The notes below the pieces were generated by a model that did no database searches, was not told the DNA's origin, and saw nothing but the letters and a program-made list of their open reading frames with translations. A program made the position numbers and the translations under genes. Shown here piece by piece: positions 1 to 10,724 of a stretch of 64,000 nucleotides of DNA (its first letter is position 1; each line of letters starts with the position of its first letter). The DNA is from an uncultured Chloroflexia bacterium (lineage in GTDB: Bacteria; Chloroflexota; Limnocylindria; Limnocylindrales; CSP1-4), in NCBI GenBank assembly GCA_963819655.1, contig CAWFXA010000001.1, forward strand, positions 448,001-512,000, written 5' to 3'.

Positions 1-796
1 GCCCGCGATCTCCTCGATGGCCGTCTCGAGTGGGACGCGGTCGAGCAACGGATGGCGGCGCGTGTGGGGCGCGAGGGTCACGCCGTCGCGGGCCAGCGCT
101 CGAAGGTCATCCCAACCGAGGACGGCCGGACTCGCTCGGAACGGTCGGGGCGTGATGGCCGCCCTCTGGCGTTCCATCGCGAGCTCCCAGCTCCTCGACG
201 ATCCGGTCGACCTGGCGCATCGCCTCATCGTGGTCGAGTGTCTTGAGCCAGTCCCGGATGGTCGCGACGGTCCCGCGCGCATGCTCCGCGCCGACCGGTA
301 ATGGGCCGTCGGGCGTGGCGATCGGCGCTGGGCCCGGCGCCCGTTGGACCGCGACCCACAGTCGATCCCACCAGAACGCGGTTGATGGATCGGTGGCGGC
401 GCCTGTCGCGACGAACATCGTGGCCGGCACGGACGCTGCACGCAGCACCGGCCAGGCATGTGTGGCGAAGTCGCGATAGCCGTCATCGAACGTCACGAGG
501 ACCGCGCGCCGCGGGAGGCTGGCGGGATCGTCCAGCGACGCGAGGACGTCCGGCAGCGATACCGGGTCGAACTGGCGGGCCACCATCGCGATCTGGGCCG
601 CGAACGACGCGGGCGTGGCAGAGATCAGGCTCGGCATCAGATCCGGTCGGGCGGCGGGGTCGTCGACGCGGTGGTAGGTCAGGATCGTCAGGACGCCACG
701 CGCACGTGGGATCGCGCGGTCGAGGATCCCCGCCGCTGCACCTGCCACGGGACCGCGCGTCGCGGCCGCGACCACTCGACGCAGCCTGTCAGCCAC
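1..796 (-). CDS. Polysaccharide deacetylase (NodB/CE4 family); apparent frameshift near 130, runs off the window edge
   Basis: ILTYHRV and VTFDDGYRD motifs. After about position 130 the shifted frame reads VLGWDDLRALARDGVTLAPHTRRHPLL, the typical CE4 H-x-x-x-H region. Confidence 0.85.
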
Positions 797-2015
797 GGCT
801 TCGCCACACCCGTCGCAGCGAATCGCGTGCGATGGTCGGGATCTGGGCGAGGCCCGGACCCGGGTCCGACCAGGTCATCAGATCGTCGGCGATGCGCGGA
901 TCGGCGAGGCTCGCCAGGGCGCCGATGGCGGCGCGCCGACCGGGCCACGGCAACGCGGCGTGGCGGTGACGGCCCGACAGCACCGCCCCGATCCACGCGA
1001 GATCCAGACGCAGGTTCCGTGCCCGGACGCCGCGTCGATAGTCGGTCGCGACCGGCTGATCGGCGGGCGGCGACCCATCGAGCAGGAGGTCGGCGAGACG
1101 GCCCGGGAAGTCCATCCCGGCGCGGACGGCGAGCGGCAGCGAGCCCCACACGCGGCCGTTGATCTCCATAAGGTTGCCGACGCCGTCGGCGCCGCGGCGG
1201 AACTCCACCATGGCCAGCCCCGTCCAGCCGAGCTCGCGCAACAGGGCGACGGCGTGGTCGTACAGGTCCGGATCGAGCTCGACGCTCTCCCGCAGCGCGC
1301 TTGCGCCGCCGGTCGGCGGAACCTCGCGGATCCGTCGGTGCTGGAAGGCGGCAAGCGGCCGGCCGTGGTCCATGAGCAGCTCCACGCCGATCCCGTCGCC
1401 TGGGAGCCAGCGCTGTAGCAGCACCGAACCCGCCACGTTCGGTGAGGTGAAGCGGCGGCGGAGGTCGTCCGGATCGCTGGCGTAAGCCACCGCGTACGAC
1501 CCGATCGTGCCGTCATCGAGGAACTGCCGCGACGAGACCGGCTTCACGACGACCGGGTAACCGAGGTCGGCGGCCGCCGCCAGCGGGTCGTCCCCCGGCC
1601 GGACGACGCGCGTCAGTGGGACCGGCACTCCGAGCCGCTCGGCCAGCGCGACGGTCGTTCCCTTGTCGTGCGTCGCGGCCAGGGCCGTTCCGTCCGGCAA
1701 CGCCAGGACGGTCCGCCCCGTGAATCCCGCCCGGGCGTCGGCGAGCGGCAGGCCGACCTCGTCGGTGACCGGGATGACGAGGTCGACGCCGGTCGCGGTC
1801 ACCGCCCGGTCGATCGCGTCGACGACGGCGTCGGGCTGTTCCGAAGGGCGGGGATAGAGCAGCCGGTCGGTCGTGTAGCGCGACCGGAAACCGGCGCTCG
1901 CGGGGTCGGAATCGGCCGCGGTGACACGCCAGCCGCGCCGGCCGAGGGACCGGATGAAGGCCACCGCGCTGCCGCGGCCGGCGTCCGTGACCAGGACATG
2001 TCGGCGATCGGCCAT
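789..2015 (-). CDS. ATP-grasp (carboxylate-amine ligase) protein of polysaccharide clusters
   Basis: GYPVVVKP, GLAMVEFR and MEINGRVWGSL motifs; overlaps the start of the deacetylase. Confidence 0.85.
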   Translation of the reverse strand: MADRRHVLVTDAGRGSAVAFIRSLGRRGWRVTAADSDPASAGFRSRYTTDRLLYPRPSEQPDAVVDAIDRAVTATGVDLVIPVTDEVGLPLADARAGFTGRTVLALPDGTALAATHDKGTTVALAERLGVPVPLTRVVRPGDDPLAAAADLGYPVVVKPVSSRQFLDDGTIGSYAVAYASDPDDLRRRFTSPNVAGSVLLQRWLPGDGIGVELLMDHGRPLAAFQHRRIREVPPTGGASALRESVELDPDLYDHAVALLRELGWTGLAMVEFRRGADGVGNLMEINGRVWGSLPLAVRAGMDFPGRLADLLLDGSPPADQPVATDYRRGVRARNLRLDLAWIGAVLSGRHRHAALPWPGRRAAIGALASLADPRIADDLMTWSDPGPGLAQIPTIARDSLRRVWRSRG

Positions 2016-2020
2016 CGCGC

Positions 2021-2710
2021 TTAGCGGGCTCCGTCGCCGGCGGGCAAGCGGGCGACGATCGCTGCGGCGACGCGGTCGGTGACCTCGTCGATGGGGCCGG
2101 TCGCATCGACCTCGACGAAGTCGCGGACGTGCCCCTTGATGGAGCGGTACTCGTCCCGGCGCCGTTCGAGCGCTTCGACAGTGCCTTCACCCTTCCGGGC
2201 GAGGAGCACGGCCCCCGGCGCATCGAGGTAGATGACGAGGTCCGGGCGGGGGTACAGCCGGCCGAGGACGACGCCGTGCAGCCGTTGCGCCCACGATCGC
2301 TCGTCGCCCGCGACGTCATAGGCGTGGTAGTCGGCGTAGAAATGTCGATCGAACAGCACGACCGAGCCCGCCCGTTGCCAACGCCAGGCCAGCCACTGTC
2401 GATACCACTCCTCGGCGAAGCGATTGCCGAGACGCGCCGCGGCGCGGACGTCGGACAGCCGACGCCGCGCGAAGGAGCGCGATCTCGGTCGTCGGGGTCC
2501 GTGGGACGGCGGACCGGCGGTGTCGGGTGGCGCGCCGAGAGCACGCTTGACCCGCCGCGTGATCCGCGTGGTCGGCAGCATGACGTTGCTGGAGTCGGTG
2601 CTGACCCCCATGTACAGGTAGCGCACAGGCACCGGCAGGACGTCCGCCAGCTTGCGCGCGACCGTCGTCTTCCCGGCGCCGTCCGCACCGATCAACGCGA
2701 CCGTGGTCAT
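2021..2710 (-). CDS. Thymidylate-kinase-like P-loop nucleotide kinase
   Basis: Start MTTVALIGADGAGKTT at 2710; also LFDRH and PRPDLVIYLDAP..LLARK motifs. Confidence 0.75.
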   Translation of the reverse strand: MTTVALIGADGAGKTTVARKLADVLPVPVRYLYMGVSTDSSNVMLPTTRITRRVKRALGAPPDTAGPPSHGPRRPRSRSFARRRLSDVRAAARLGNRFAEEWYRQWLAWRWQRAGSVVLFDRHFYADYHAYDVAGDERSWAQRLHGVVLGRLYPRPDLVIYLDAPGAVLLARKGEGTVEALERRRDEYRSIKGHVRDFVEVDATGPIDEVTDRVAAAIVARLPAGDGAR

Positions 2711-3822
2711 GACGGCGCGAGCACGGGGCGGACCGAGTCGAGCAACGCCGCCAGGTCGACCGGGTAGGGATGCGTGACGAGGTACGTCGGGCGCCCAGCG
2801 AAGATCCGGTCGAGCAACTCGCCCTGGCGCGCCTCGGCGTTGGCGAGATGGTCGTTCTGCAGCGAGGGAAAGGCGAAGCGGGCCTGCAGCAGGAGCGTCG
2901 CAAGATCGAGCCGTTCGTGGACGAGGGACGCGCGCATCCGGGACGCGACCTCCAACGGATCGATCGGTTCGACGGTGGTCTCCGGCCCGGCAGCACTCAC
3001 CACGAACAGGATGCGATCCAGGTTGCCGGTGTTGTGGCTGACGTCGCTGAACAGCCGTTCGGGTGGGAGGTCGACGTGGAGCTGGCCTTCGAGCGTGGGC
3101 ATGGCGCGACGCAGGAGCTTGCTCGGCGGCAGGCGCCTGAGGCGTTGCGGCGTGGCGCGCTCGAGCCTGCGCAGGGCCGGGATGCCGCCGAGCTTCAGGC
3201 GGTCTGTGAGGGTCAGGTGATCGCGTGCCACGGGAAGCTGGCGGATATGCCAGTCCCACAGGCGGATCGGCTCCGGGATGCCGTACATCCGACCGTCGGT
3301 CGTGAGGTACACCCACTCGTCGCCGATGTACCGCGCGCCGGCTCCAGCGGCGGCCATGAGCAGCTCGGTCTTGCCGCCCTTGGACCAACCGGTGACGAGC
3401 GTGCCCACACCGTCCAGCTCGAACGCCGCGGCGTGGACCGGCAGCGCGCCGTTCCCGAGGACGGTCAGATTGAGGACGGCGATCAGGAACGGAACCGCGG
3501 GCAGCCCGCGCTCGCACACGATCTCGCAGCGGCCGCCGATGCGGTCCATGGGCAGGCGCACGACCACCGGCGCCTTTCGGCTGCGCAGGACGAAGAAGCC
3601 GTCGTCGGTCCAGCCGGCCTCCTTTGCACCAAGGTAGCGCAGACGCGAGCTGTGCTCGATCCGGTCGACGAAGCGGATCGTGATGTCGGGCTCACGATCG
3701 AGCGTCCGCGGCAACGGGCCCAGCTGGCGGCCGACCGCGGCAGCGTCCGACGACCCCGCGTCGACGAGGCGCACGCTGGCGAGACCGTGGAGGTCGAAGT
3801 CCACGAACCCGTTCTGTGTCAT
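2707..3822 (-). CDS. HPr-kinase-like P-loop protein
   Basis: PVHAAA..G..LVTGWSKGGKT..YIGDEW resembles the HprK C-terminal fold; overlaps the next gene by 4 bp. Confidence 0.6.
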   Translation of the reverse strand: MTQNGFVDFDLHGLASVRLVDAGSSDAAAVGRQLGPLPRTLDREPDITIRFVDRIEHSSRLRYLGAKEAGWTDDGFFVLRSRKAPVVVRLPMDRIGGRCEIVCERGLPAVPFLIAVLNLTVLGNGALPVHAAAFELDGVGTLVTGWSKGGKTELLMAAAGAGARYIGDEWVYLTTDGRMYGIPEPIRLWDWHIRQLPVARDHLTLTDRLKLGGIPALRRLERATPQRLRRLPPSKLLRRAMPTLEGQLHVDLPPERLFSDVSHNTGNLDRILFVVSAAGPETTVEPIDPLEVASRMRASLVHERLDLATLLLQARFAFPSLQNDHLANAEARQGELLDRIFAGRPTYLVTHPYPVDLAALLDSVRPVLAPS

Positions 3823-4095
3823 GCGTGGCGCAGGTGCTCGGTCACCGGCTCCCCAATCTGAAGTCATCCGCCGTCGTGCGGCAGTCCCCATCGCTCGAGA
3901 ACGTCATTCATCCAGCAAGAACGTCCTCGGCGTCGGGGGACAGTACAGCACGGGGCCGTGGCGGCGCGGTCGTGTCACGCGACCGATCCGGCGTCCTTGG
4001 GACTGCAAGGTCTGCCGACAGGCAAGGGGTGTACGATGCCCTGAACGCCCACCGGAGAGACCCGGTCGGTCGTGTGGGGGAGAGCGCGCATTACC

Positions 4096-7000
4096 ATGAC
4101 CACCCAGACTGCTGGCCCGTCCATGTCCACGCCCACGCCGCGTCGACACTGGGGCCGAATCGCGGCCATCGTCTTCGGCCTCGGCCTGGCACTCGCCGTG
4201 CCCGCCGTCGCCTCCGCCGATCCCGGCGACATCGGCTTCCAGGGGCCCGCCGGCCCGGGCGGCGCCCCCACCGGCTCCAAGCCGGAGTCGAAGCTCTGGT
4301 TCAACGACGGCCGCTGGTGGGCCAGCATGTACGACCTCGCGACGAGTGATTTCTACATCTGGGTGCTCGACCAGTCGACCGACACGTGGAGCCGCACGAA
4401 CACCCGTCTCGACGATCGCAACAGCACGCGGGCCGACATCCTGTGGGACGGCACCAAGCTGTACGTGGCGTCACACAACTTCCACGAGAACGACGGGGCC
4501 GGTGTGTCTCGTCTCTATCGGTACAGCTACAACACCTCCACCGACACCTATGCCCTCGACAGCGGCTTCCCAGCGACGATCAACTCGGTCCGCAGCGAGA
4601 CGCTGGTCATCGCCAAGGATTCGACCGGGCAGCTGTGGGCGACGTGGGAAGCGGGCGGGTCGATCTGGCTCAACCGGACGACCGGCGCCGACAACGCCTG
4701 GGGCTCTCCGTTCGTGATGCCCGGCGCGGCAACCGTCAACACCGATGACATCTCGTCGATCATCGCCTTCGGCGGGGACAAGGTCGGCGTGTTCTGGAGC
4801 AACCAGAGCGCGTCGCCCGACGCCGACTTCTTTGCGATCCACAACGATGCCGACGGCGACACGACGTGGACGAGCGAGACGGCGTACAGCGGCACGAACG
4901 TTGCCGATGACCACATCAACCTCAAGACCGATTCGTCCGGTCGCGTCTATTCGCTGGTGAAGACCAGCGTGACGGGCGCGAACCCCCTCATCGTTCTGCT
5001 CGTTCGCGAGGCAGGCGGTGGATGGACGAACCACACGGTGTCCCTCGGGACGCTCGACGAGACACGCGGGATCCTGGCCATCGACGAGGTCAGCGGGCTC
5101 CTGCACGTCTTCGTGACCTCTGCCGGCAACGGCGGGACCATCAACGAGCGGGTCTCCGCGATGGGGTCGATCTCGTTCGCGGGCGGTGAGGGAACCGTGG
5201 TCTTGAAGGACGCCAGCGCCCTGAAGATGAACAACGCGACCGGCACGAAGCAGAACATCTCTGCCGCGAGCGGGCTGATCGTCGTCGGCTACAACGACAC
5301 GACGCGACAGTATTGGCACGCCGACATCCTCGGCGGCGGGCCGCCGCCGAACACCGCGCCGACGGCCAATGCCACGAGCGCGACGACCACGACGGATGTG
5401 GCGGTCGGCGTGGCCCTGTCGGGCAGCGATCCCGAGACGTGCGAGCTGTCCTTCTCGATCGTGACCGGGCCGGCCCACGGCACGCTCGGTTCGATCGGCG
5501 GCGCGGCCTGCGCGAGCGGCAGCCCGAACACCGACAGCGCGTCGGTCACGTACACCCCGACGACCGGCTACAGCGGCCCCGACTCGTTCACCTACAAGGT
5601 CAACGACGGCACGACCGACTCGTCCCCTGCGACGGCAACGCTGACCGTCAACGGCGGCCCCGACATCACGCCGCCGACCCGCGGCTCCTCCGTCGTCTTC
5701 GGGGCGACCCTCGAGGTCACGTACGACGAGCCACTGAACGCGAGCTCGACGCCGGCCGGCACCGACTTCGCCGTTGCGGTCAACGGGAATACCCGCGGGG
5801 TGAATGCCGTCACGATCACTGGATCGACCGTGACGCTGACCCTCGCCAGCCCGGTCATCGCGAGTGACAGCGTCACCCTCGGGTACACGCCAGGGGCAGC
5901 GCCGATCGAGGACCTCGCAGGGAACGATGCGGCGTCGTTCAGCGACGTTGCGGTCGCAAACCAGACGCCGCCCCCGGGTCCGACCTCGCAGACCTTCACC
6001 CCGACCGCCGACGCCCAGGTGCGATCGAGCACGACCACCACCAACTTCGGGACGCTGACGACGATCCGGCTCGGTGGTGAGGGCACGACCACGACCTATC
6101 GCACCTACCTCAAGTTCAACGTGACCGGCCTGACGGGCTCGGTGACGGCGGTCAAGCTGCGTCTCTTCGCGACCGACGCCAGCTCCAACATCGTGCACGT
6201 GTTGCCGGTCGCCGATACGAGCTGGATCGAGAGCGGCGCGGGCGGCATCACCTGGGACAACCGGCCGGCGATGGGCTCCCCGGAGGTCGGCTCGGGGCCT
6301 GTCCCGACGCTCACCGCGTACAACGACATCACCCTCAGCCCGAGCTCGGTGAGCGGCAACGGAGTGGTCAGCTTCGGGCTCACCATCGAGCGGCACCAAC
6401 AGCGCCATCTTCAGCAGCAAGGAAGGCGCCAACGCTCCGCAGCTGGTCGTGACGCAGAGTGGCGGCGGCCCGCCGCCGAACACCGCGCCGACGGCCAATG
6501 CCACGAGCGCGACGACCACGACGGATGTGGCGGTCGGCGTGGCCCTGTCGGGCAGCGATCCCGAGACGTGCGAGCTGTCCTTCTCGATCGTGACCGGGCC
6601 GGCCCACGGCACGCTCGGTTCGATCGGCGGCGCGGCCTGCGCGAGCGGCAGCCCGAACACCGACAGCGCGTCGGTCACGTACACCCCGACGACCGGCTAC
6701 AGCGGCCCCGACTCGTTCACCTACAAGGTCAACGACGGCACGACCGACTCGTCCCCTGCGACGGCAACGCTGACCGTCAACGCGCCTGGAGACATCACCG
6801 CGCCGGTCCGCGGCGCGACGACGATCAACGGTGCGACTCTGTCGATCGCGTACAACGAGCCGCTCGACACGGGCTCCGTGCCGGCGACATCGGCCTATGC
6901 GCCGCTCGTCAACGGCAGCGCCCGGAGCGTGACCAACGTGGCCGTGGCCGGCTCCGGCGTGACGCTCACGCTGGCGTCACCGGTCGTGGCGGCCGACAGC

Positions 7001-7592
7001 GTCACGCTCTCCTACACCCCGGGCGCCTCGCCGATCCAGGACCCCGCCGGCAATGACGCCGCGTCGTTCAGCGGGGCGACGGTGACCAACAACACGCCAC
7101 CGACCGGCGGCTCGACGGTCACCTTCACCCCGACCGCCGACGCCCAGGTGCGATCGAGCACGACCACCACCAACTTCGGGACGCTGACGACGATCCGGCT
7201 CGGTGGTGAGGGCACGACCACGACCTATCGCACCTACCTCAAGTTCAACGTGACCGGCCTGACGGGCTCGGTGACGGCGGTCAAGCTGCGTCTCTTCGCG
7301 ACCGACGCCAGCTCCAACATCGTGCACGTGTTGCCGGTCGCCGATACGAGCTGGATCGAGAGCGGCGCGGGCGGCATCACCTGGGACAACCGGCCGGCGA
7401 TGGGCTCCCCGGAGGTCGGCTCGGGGCCTGTCCCGACGCTCACCGCGTACAACGACATCACCCTCAGCCCGAGCTCGGTGAGCGGCAACGGAGTGGTCAG
7501 CTTCGGGCTCACCATCGAGCGGCACCAACAGCGCCATCTTCAGCAGCAAGGAAGGCGCCAACGCTCCGCAGCTGGTCGTGACGCAGAGCTGA
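4096..7592 (+). CDS. Large secreted modular protein: N-terminal globular domain plus 2x [Ig-like/cadherin - SwmB-like - DNRLRE/CBM96-like]; apparent frameshifts near 6386 and 7515
   Basis: Signal peptide ending AVASA. YTP..GYSGPDSFTYKVNDG (Ig-like), TYDEPL..LTLASPV..IEDLAGNDA (SwmB-like), TADAQV..TNFG..YLKFNV (DNRLRE-like). Removing one base in each 'accatcgagc' restores SGTNSAIFSSKEGANAPQLVV and gives a stop at 7590-7592. Confidence 0.75.
5341..7588 (+). repeat. Internal tandem duplication with 1129-bp period; about 5341-5651 matches 6470-6780 and 5992-6459 matches 7121-7588, while the middle block is diverged
   Basis: Direct comparison by eye; both blocks show the same 1129 offset. Confidence 0.9.
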
Positions 7593-7657
7593 CGAGCGAC
7601 ACGACCGACGTCGTCCGGATGACACCCCGGTCGATGGACAATCGCTAGGATGGCGCC

Positions 7658-7930
7658 GTGCAAGGCATCGAGCTGATCCTGCTGTCCGTGGGCGTCCTCG
7701 TCGGCGTCGCATACGTGGCCACCCAGTTCGCGCGGGGCGGCGTGTCGGATCATCCGGTCGGGCGTCTGTTGCTGGGTGTTGTCCCCGCGGTGATCGCCGT
7801 GACCTTGATCCTGATCGCGCGCCTCGACGTCGTCCCCGACGACCTCGAGCAACCGATCTCGATCTCGGCCGTCGTGCTGATCAGCCTGGGCCTGCTCCTT
7901 GTCACAAGCTACCGATTAGCCCGTCGGTAG
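7658..7930 (+). CDS. Small three-TM membrane protein, function unknown
   Basis: 90-aa ORF with three hydrophobic segments, filling the gap between same-strand genes. Confidence 0.65.
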   Translation: MQGIELILLSVGVLVGVAYVATQFARGGVSDHPVGRLLLGVVPAVIAVTLILIARLDVVPDDLEQPISISAVVLISLGLLLVTSYRLARR

Positions 7931-8065
7931 GGCTGGCGCGGCCCGACCGCCCGCCGGTGCCGCGTGGCACCGGGGTCCTAGCCCTTCTGGTCCAGTCGTC
8001 GGCCTGAACCGGTATCCTTGCCCGGATCAGCCCGGTATGGGTAGGGGTGTTCCCAAGGGGGTCGA

Positions 8066-9703
8066 GTGGAACTGACCGGCTACCTCGCGGTCGCGAGGCG
8101 GTGGTGGTGGACGTTGCTCGTGGCGACCTGGGTCGCAGGCGTCTCCGGGTACGTCGTTGCATCGCAGATCCCCCCGACCTACGAGGCGGAGACCCAGCTG
8201 CTCGTCGGCCCGTTCAACACGGACCGCGAAACGCTGGTCGCTTCGGGCGACCTCGTGCAGACGTACTCGCAGCTGGTCACGACGACTCCCCTCCTCGATT
8301 CGGCGATCAAGGAGGCCGGCGCTCGGCTGACGCCTGCCGACCTCGGCCTGGCTACGCGCGTGACAGCCAACGACACGACGCGATTCCTGTCGATCCGCGT
8401 CCAGGACACGAGCCCCGTGATGGCCGCGACGCTGGCCAACAAGCTCGCAGAGGAACTCACCCAGCTCGCCTCCGCCGGTACCAATCGGCCCGAGGGTCAG
8501 GTCCAGATCGTCGACGCCGCCGTCCCACCGACGGAACCGGTCGCACCGCAGAGGTCGCTCATCGTCGCGCTCGCCGCGCTCGCGGCGCTCATCGGCGCGA
8601 TGGTCCTGGTCATGCTCCTCGAGTACCTGAGCGCGGCCGTCCGGTCGGAGGATGAGCTCGGGCGCCTCACGGGTCTGCCGTTCCTCGGTCGTCTCGACAT
8701 CTCACGGTCCTTGCCCGGCGAACGCGGCCTCATCGATCAGGCCCCGGACTCCGCCGCCGCGGCGGCGTATCGGCTGGTGCTCGCGAAAGCCGCATTCCGC
8801 GACGCCGGCGGGCCAGCTCGCTCGATCGTCGTCGTCGGCACCGGGTCCGACGGTGCGAGCAGCCAGATCGCCGCGAACCTCGCCGCCATCACGGCCCGCA
8901 GCGGCCGCCAGGTCGTTGTCGTCGATTACGACGCGAGCGACGCGTCGGTGACCCGCATCTTCGGGCTGCACGACCGAAGCGGTGTCACCGACCTCGTCGA
9001 CGCCTCACCGGCCGACGTGTCGAGCCGACTCGTCCGAGTCTCGTCGACGCTGCGCGTCCTCCCACACGGCATCTCGCAGGAGCCCGACACGATCGACCGG
9101 GATCGGGCGGCTGCGGTCATCGCGGCGCTGGTCGACCAGGCCGACCTCGTGATGGTCAACGCCGGCGCCCTGCACCTGTCGGCCGGGGCACTCGCCTGGG
9201 CGCAGGCAGCCGATGCCGCGATCCTGGTGGCGGTCCGCGATCAGGCCCGGCGCGACGACGTCGAGTACGCGGCCGAGAGCCTGCGCCTCGTCAACGTCGA
9301 GGTCGCGGGGACGGTCCTGGCGGAACGGAAGCGCGGCATCCGCCGCGGCCGCGGTCGCCCCGAGACGCCGGAGCGACCCCGACCCACGACCCGCCAGGCG
9401 CAGCGTGAGTCGGTGCGCGAGCCGGTTCGCGAGACGTTCCGCGAGGTCCGTGTCGAGCCCGTGCCGGACCAGGTCCGTGACGTGTACCCGGCGCCGGTGC
9501 TCCAGGCCAGTTACGAACCGCCGCGCGAGCTCCGTCCGGAGCCCGTCCCTCAACCGCTCCGCGAGCCTGTGATCCTCGAGTCGTACGGCCCGCCGATCGT
9601 GCAGCCGGAACCGGAGCCGGTCCGCGAGATCGAACCCGAGCCCATCAAGACCCCGACCCGCCGCAGCTCCCGGCGGCGGAGAAACCCCAGCCCGAACGCC
9701 TGA
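8066..9703 (+). CDS. Wzz/CpsC-CpsD (Wzc-like) polysaccharide co-polymerase with degenerate kinase domain and Pro/Glu-rich tail
   Basis: MELTGYL..RRWWW..PPTYEA N-terminus, IVDAA.PP..PVAP, TGLPFLG and a CpsD-like domain. Confidence 0.85.
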   Translation: MELTGYLAVARRWWWTLLVATWVAGVSGYVVASQIPPTYEAETQLLVGPFNTDRETLVASGDLVQTYSQLVTTTPLLDSAIKEAGARLTPADLGLATRVTANDTTRFLSIRVQDTSPVMAATLANKLAEELTQLASAGTNRPEGQVQIVDAAVPPTEPVAPQRSLIVALAALAALIGAMVLVMLLEYLSAAVRSEDELGRLTGLPFLGRLDISRSLPGERGLIDQAPDSAAAAAYRLVLAKAAFRDAGGPARSIVVVGTGSDGASSQIAANLAAITARSGRQVVVVDYDASDASVTRIFGLHDRSGVTDLVDASPADVSSRLVRVSSTLRVLPHGISQEPDTIDRDRAAAVIAALVDQADLVMVNAGALHLSAGALAWAQAADAAILVAVRDQARRDDVEYAAESLRLVNVEVAGTVLAERKRGIRRGRGRPETPERPRPTTRQAQRESVREPVRETFREVRVEPVPDQVRDVYPAPVLQASYEPPRELRPEPVPQPLREPVILESYGPPIVQPEPEPVREIEPEPIKTPTRRSSRRRRNPSPNA

Positions 9704-9725
9704 CGGGCGACCGTCGGACTGCGCA

Positions 9726-10724
9726 ATGCACATCCTGGTCACCGGTGGCGCCGGGTACATCGGTTCGCTGACAGCGCGCCATCTCGCCGATGCGGGGCAC
9801 AGCGTCGTCGTGATCGATGACCTGCGGAGCGGACATCCCGCGGCGATCGAGCCACTGCCGCTCGTCGTCGGCGACGTGCGCGACACCGACCTCGTGGCGT
9901 CCGCGATCGACCGTCATGGGATCGACGCGGTCGTGCATTTCGCGGCGCTCAAATCCGTCGAGGATTCCGTCAGCGACCCGGGCGCCTATTTCGACGACAA
10001 CGTCGGGGGGACCCTCAGCGTCCTTCGCGCGATGGCCCGCACCGGTGTGCACCGCTTCGTCTTCTCGTCGTCGTGCGCCGTGTACGGCACGCCGGACGTT
10101 TCCCCGGTCGACGAGTCGGCGACCATCCGGCCGATGAATCCGTACGGGGAGAGCAAGGCGACCTCGGAGCGTCTGCTGCCGTGGTTCGAGTCGTCGCACG
10201 GTATCCGCAGCGTCGTCCTGCGCTACTTCAACGCCGCGGGCGCCGCAGAGGACGGCTCGCAGGGCGAGGACTGGCACGAGGCCCAGAACCTGATCCCGGT
10301 CGTGCTCAAGACCGCGGCGGGGCAACGACCCGTCGTGCGCATCTTCGGCACGGACCATCCGACGCTCGATGGGACGGCTATCAGGGACTACATCCATGTC
10401 CTGGATCTGGCTGCGGCGCATCGCTGTGCCCTCGAGGCGATCGACACGCGGGATGGGTCGCTGACGGTGAACGTCGGGACGGGGGTCGGGGCGTCGGTGC
10501 TGGATGTCCTCGATGCTGCCCGGCGCATCTCGGGTCGGGAGATCCCGACGGAGGCGGCCCCGCGCCGGGAGGGCGATCCATCGGCCATCTGGGCCGATAC
10601 GCGGCGGGCCGAGGAACTGCTCGGCTGGCGGCCGACACGCTCACTCGATGACATCGTCGGCTCCGCGTGGCTGTGGCACAGCCTCCACCCGGATGGCTAC
10701 GGGCGCAGGGACGTGACGGGGTGA
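9726..10724 (+). CDS. galE: UDP-glucose 4-epimerase
   Basis: ILVTGGAGYIGS, HFAALKSV, PYGESK, LRYFNAAGA and DGTAIRDYIHV motifs. Confidence 0.93.
   Translation: MHILVTGGAGYIGSLTARHLADAGHSVVVIDDLRSGHPAAIEPLPLVVGDVRDTDLVASAIDRHGIDAVVHFAALKSVEDSVSDPGAYFDDNVGGTLSVLRAMARTGVHRFVFSSSCAVYGTPDVSPVDESATIRPMNPYGESKATSERLLPWFESSHGIRSVVLRYFNAAGAAEDGSQGEDWHEAQNLIPVVLKTAAGQRPVVRIFGTDHPTLDGTAIRDYIHVLDLAAAHRCALEAIDTRDGSLTVNVGTGVGASVLDVLDAARRISGREIPTEAAPRREGDPSAIWADTRRAEELLGWRPTRSLDDIVGSAWLWHSLHPDGYGRRDVTG

Noticed and set aside
6380-6392. Programmed ribosomal frameshift
   Set aside because: There is no slippery heptamer or homopolymer, and similar +1 lesions occur in unrelated genes across the window.
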